Positions 29,430 through 32,000 of a stretch of 32,000 nt of DNA are shown piece by piece; position 1 is the stretch's first letter, and the number at the start of each line of letters is the position of its first letter. The DNA is from Proteiniclasticum aestuarii (lineage in GTDB: Bacteria > Bacillota > Clostridia > Clostridiales > Clostridiaceae), in contig NZ_JAFNJU010000008.1 in NCBI RefSeq assembly GCF_017368455.1, positions 154,758-186,757 of the forward strand. The letters run 5' to 3'. The position numbers were made by a program, and so were the translations under genes. Under the pieces are notes generated by a model. The model worked only from the letters and a program-made list of their open reading frames with translations. It did no database searches and was not told where the DNA came from.

Positions 29430-32000
29430 TTGAACAACAACGAAGGTAAAGTTTTACCGATAGACTTACGAAAAGAAATGAAAACCAGTTACATCAATTA
29501 TGCCATGAGCGTAATTGTAGGACGTGCGCTTCCAGATATCAGAGATGGACTGAAACCCGTGCACAGAAGAATTCTTTTCTCCATGCACGAGCTGGGTATA
29601 TACAATGAAAAGGGATATAGAAAGTGTGCCAGAATCGTCGGAGACGTACTGGGTAAGTACCATCCACATGGAGATACTTCTGTTTATGATGCTCTGGTAA
29701 GACTGGCACAGGACTTCTCCACCAGATATCTGCTGGTGGAAGGACACGGAAACTTCGGTTCCGTGGACGGAGACGGAGCAGCGGCCATGAGATATACAGA
29801 AGCCAGACTTGCAAAGATTTCTTCTGAAATGCTCAGAGACATCAATAAGGATACAGTGGATTTCGTGCCGAACTTTGACGGAGAAGAAAAAGAGCCTACG
29901 GTTCTTCCTTCAAGATTCCCGAATCTTCTGGTGAACGGTTCATCAGGTATTGCTGTAGGTATGGCGACCAATATTCCACCGCACAACCTCGGAGAAGTCA
30001 TCGATGCCGCGGTTTATCTCATCGAAAATCCGGATTCGGAAGTTCTTGAACTGATGCAGTTCGTCAAAGGACCGGACTTTCCTACCGGTGGAACCATCAT
30101 GGGGGTATCCGGCATCAGAGAAGCCTATGAAACAGGAAGAGGTAAGATCTTTGTACGTGCCAAGAGCATGATCGAAGAAGTCAACAGCAGACAGAGAATC
30201 ATCATCACCGAACTTCCTTATATGGTAAATAAAGCGAAACTCATTGAAAATATCGCAGATCATGTAAGAGACAAGAAGCTTACTGGTATTTCCGATCTGA
30301 GAGATGAATCAGACAGAGATGGTATGAGAATTGTCATCGAACTGAAAAGAGATGCCAATGCTCATGTGGTTCTGAACTACCTCTACAAGAAAACGAAAGT
30401 GCAGGATACCTTCGGTGTCATCAATCTTGCACTGGTTGACAATGCCCCTAAGGTACTGAATCTGAAGGATATACTGAAGCACTACATCAATTTCCAGAAG
30501 GAAGTGCTTACAAGAAGAAGTATCTTCGAAATGAACAAAGCGAAAGATCGTGCACATATCCTAGAAGGATTAAGAATCGCCCTGGACAACATTGATGAAG
30601 TCATCAAGGTGCTTCGAAATTCCAAGACCACAGATATCGCAAAAGAAGAACTGATCACGAGATTCGGTTTATCGGACAAGCAGGCGGTGGCCATACTCGA
30701 TATGAGACTCAGAAGACTGACAGGTCTGGAAAGAGATAAGATCGAGGAAGAATACAATTCGCTGATGGAACTCATCGCTTATCTTGAGAGCATCATCAGT
30801 GATGAAATGAAGCTTCTTTCTGTTATAAAGGAAGAACTCATTGAAATCAAGAACAAGTATGGCGATGAAAGAAGAACAGATATCCAGAAGGGTGAGTTCG
30901 AAATTGATTATGAGGATCTCATCAACGAGGAAGATGTGGTCATCACATTGACTGAGGACGGATACATCAAGAGAATTTCAGCAGCCACCTATTCCGCACA
31001 GAAGAGAGGCGGAAGAGGCGTACAGGCCATGACAACAAAGGAAGACGACGTGATTCATAAGGTCTTTGTCACGTCTACCCATAAGAATCTTCTTTTCTTC
31101 ACATCCAAGGGGAAGGTATACAAGCTGAAGGCTTATGAGATTCCTGAATCTGGAAGAACTTCCAAGGGCATCAACCTTGTGAATCTCATTCCAGTGGACC
31201 AGGATGAGAGCATCCAGGCTGTCATTTCCATCAGTGATATGGAAAAAGACGGATATCTGGTGTTTGCCACAACAGATGGAATCATCAAAAAGACCACGCT
31301 TCATGATTTCAGCAACATCAGAAAGAACGGACTCATTGCACTGAATCTGAAAGAAGGAGATTCACTGCTCAATGTCAAATTCACGCGTGGAGATGCGGAT
31401 CTCATTCTGGTCACGAAGCTTGGTTATGCAATCAAGTTCAATGAGCAGGACGTCAGACCAATGGGCAGAACCGCTACAGGTGTCAAAGGCATATCTCTGA
31501 GAACTGGAGATGCCTGCGTATCCTTTGATATCGCAGTCCAGGGTGAGGATATTCTGGTCGTGTCTGAGAACGGACTAGGAAAGAGAACGCCTACAGAGCA
31601 GTATAAGAGTCAGAACAGAGGCGGTAAGGGACTTATTGCCTATAAGGTCACAAACAAGACAGGTAACGTCGTAGGCGCAAGATCCTGCAGTAACGAAGAT
31701 GAACTGCTGCTGGTCAATTCCGACGGTGTAGCCATCCGTATCAATGTAGGAGAGATCTCAGTGACATCAAGAAACGCCATGGGTGTTAAGCTCATGAGAA
31801 CTTCTGATGAATGCAAGGTCGTCTCTCTAGCTAAAATCATCGCAGTCAGAGAAGAGGAAGGACCGGAAGTGGAAGAAATCGACAGCGATCAGCTCATCGA
31901 GAAAGAGCTAAGCGATGCCATGGATTCTGATTATCCGGAGCTGGATGAGCTGGAACTGGATGAGGACCTGCAAAAAGATACAGATGAAGATCTGGAATAA
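29430..32000 (+). CDS. gyrA: DNA gyrase subunit A
   Basis: TTG start 7 nt after [35 protein letters not shown], the catalytic region [10 protein letters not shown], and the GyrA box QKRGGRG, which distinguishes it from ParC. TAA stop at 31998-32000. Confidence 0.98.
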   Translation: MNNNEGKVLPIDLRKEMKTSYINYAMSVIVGRALPDIRDGLKPVHRRILFSMHELGIYNEKGYRKCARIVGDVLGKYHPHGDTSVYDALVRLAQDFSTRYLLVEGHGNFGSVDGDGAAAMRYTEARLAKISSEMLRDINKDTVDFVPNFDGEEKEPTVLPSRFPNLLVNGSSGIAVGMATNIPPHNLGEVIDAAVYLIENPDSEVLELMQFVKGPDFPTGGTIMGVSGIREAYETGRGKIFVRAKSMIEEVNSRQRIIITELPYMVNKAKLIENIADHVRDKKLTGISDLRDESDRDGMRIVIELKRDANAHVVLNYLYKKTKVQDTFGVINLALVDNAPKVLNLKDILKHYINFQKEVLTRRSIFEMNKAKDRAHILEGLRIALDNIDEVIKVLRNSKTTDIAKEELITRFGLSDKQAVAILDMRLRRLTGLERDKIEEEYNSLMELIAYLESIISDEMKLLSVIKEELIEIKNKYGDERRTDIQKGEFEIDYEDLINEEDVVITLTEDGYIKRISAATYSAQKRGGRGVQAMTTKEDDVIHKVFVTSTHKNLLFFTSKGKVYKLKAYEIPESGRTSKGINLVNLIPVDQDESIQAVISISDMEKDGYLVFATTDGIIKKTTLHDFSNIRKNGLIALNLKEGDSLLNVKFTRGDADLILVTKLGYAIKFNEQDVRPMGRTATGVKGISLRTGDACVSFDIAVQGEDILVVSENGLGKRTPTEQYKSQNRGGKGLIAYKVTNKTGNVVGARSCSNEDELLLVNSDGVAIRINVGEISVTSRNAMGVKLMRTSDECKVVSLAKIIAVREEEGPEVEEIDSDQLIEKELSDAMDSDYPELDELELDEDLQKDTDEDLE

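Overview
This window is the chromosomal replication-origin neighbourhood of a low-GC Gram-positive bacterium. The gene set (LonC-type protease, YtvI, DUF4446, Jag/YidC) suggests Bacillota, probably a Clostridia-type spore-former lineage. I found no novel system, defence island, mobile element, CRISPR array, tRNA or rRNA; this is a conserved housekeeping region. Gene order left to right: purA (runs off the left edge, so absent from the ORF track), pgsA, a Nudix hydrolase, then the minus-strand block dnaB-lonC-rplI-gdpP-yybS. Next come rpsR-ssb-rpsF, DUF951-DUF3343, a plus-strand cysteine-desulfurase-like gene and ytvI, then minus-strand DUF4446-spo0J(parB)-soj(parA). These are followed by rsmG-mnmG-mnmE, jag-yidC-yidD-rnpA-rpmH (rpmH is 44 aa, below the track cutoff, found by hand). 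The plus-strand block is dnaA-dnaN-yaaA-recF-remB-gyrB-gyrA. Transcription diverges from the dnaA region, as expected around oriC. The origin is bipartite, with DnaA-box clusters on both sides of dnaA. A DnaA-box / GC-cluster / DnaA-trio / AT-rich unwinding module lies in the dnaA-dnaN spacer. The non-coding architecture is what deserves a second look. First, four perfect parS palindromes are packed into the ORF-free rsmG-soj spacer. Second, the heptamer ACCTGTT occurs five times in one orientation in the left origin half, with spacings close to whole multiples of 10.5 bp. Third, there are candidate cis-regulatory elements: a PurBox pair at purA, a structured rpsF leader, and a 15-bp perfect hairpin before recF. 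For several genes the longest ORF in the track overshoots the likely start (pgsA, gdpP, yybS, rpsF, rnpA, ytvI, recF); I give RBS-supported starts instead. All coordinates of short motifs were counted by hand from the printed sequence.
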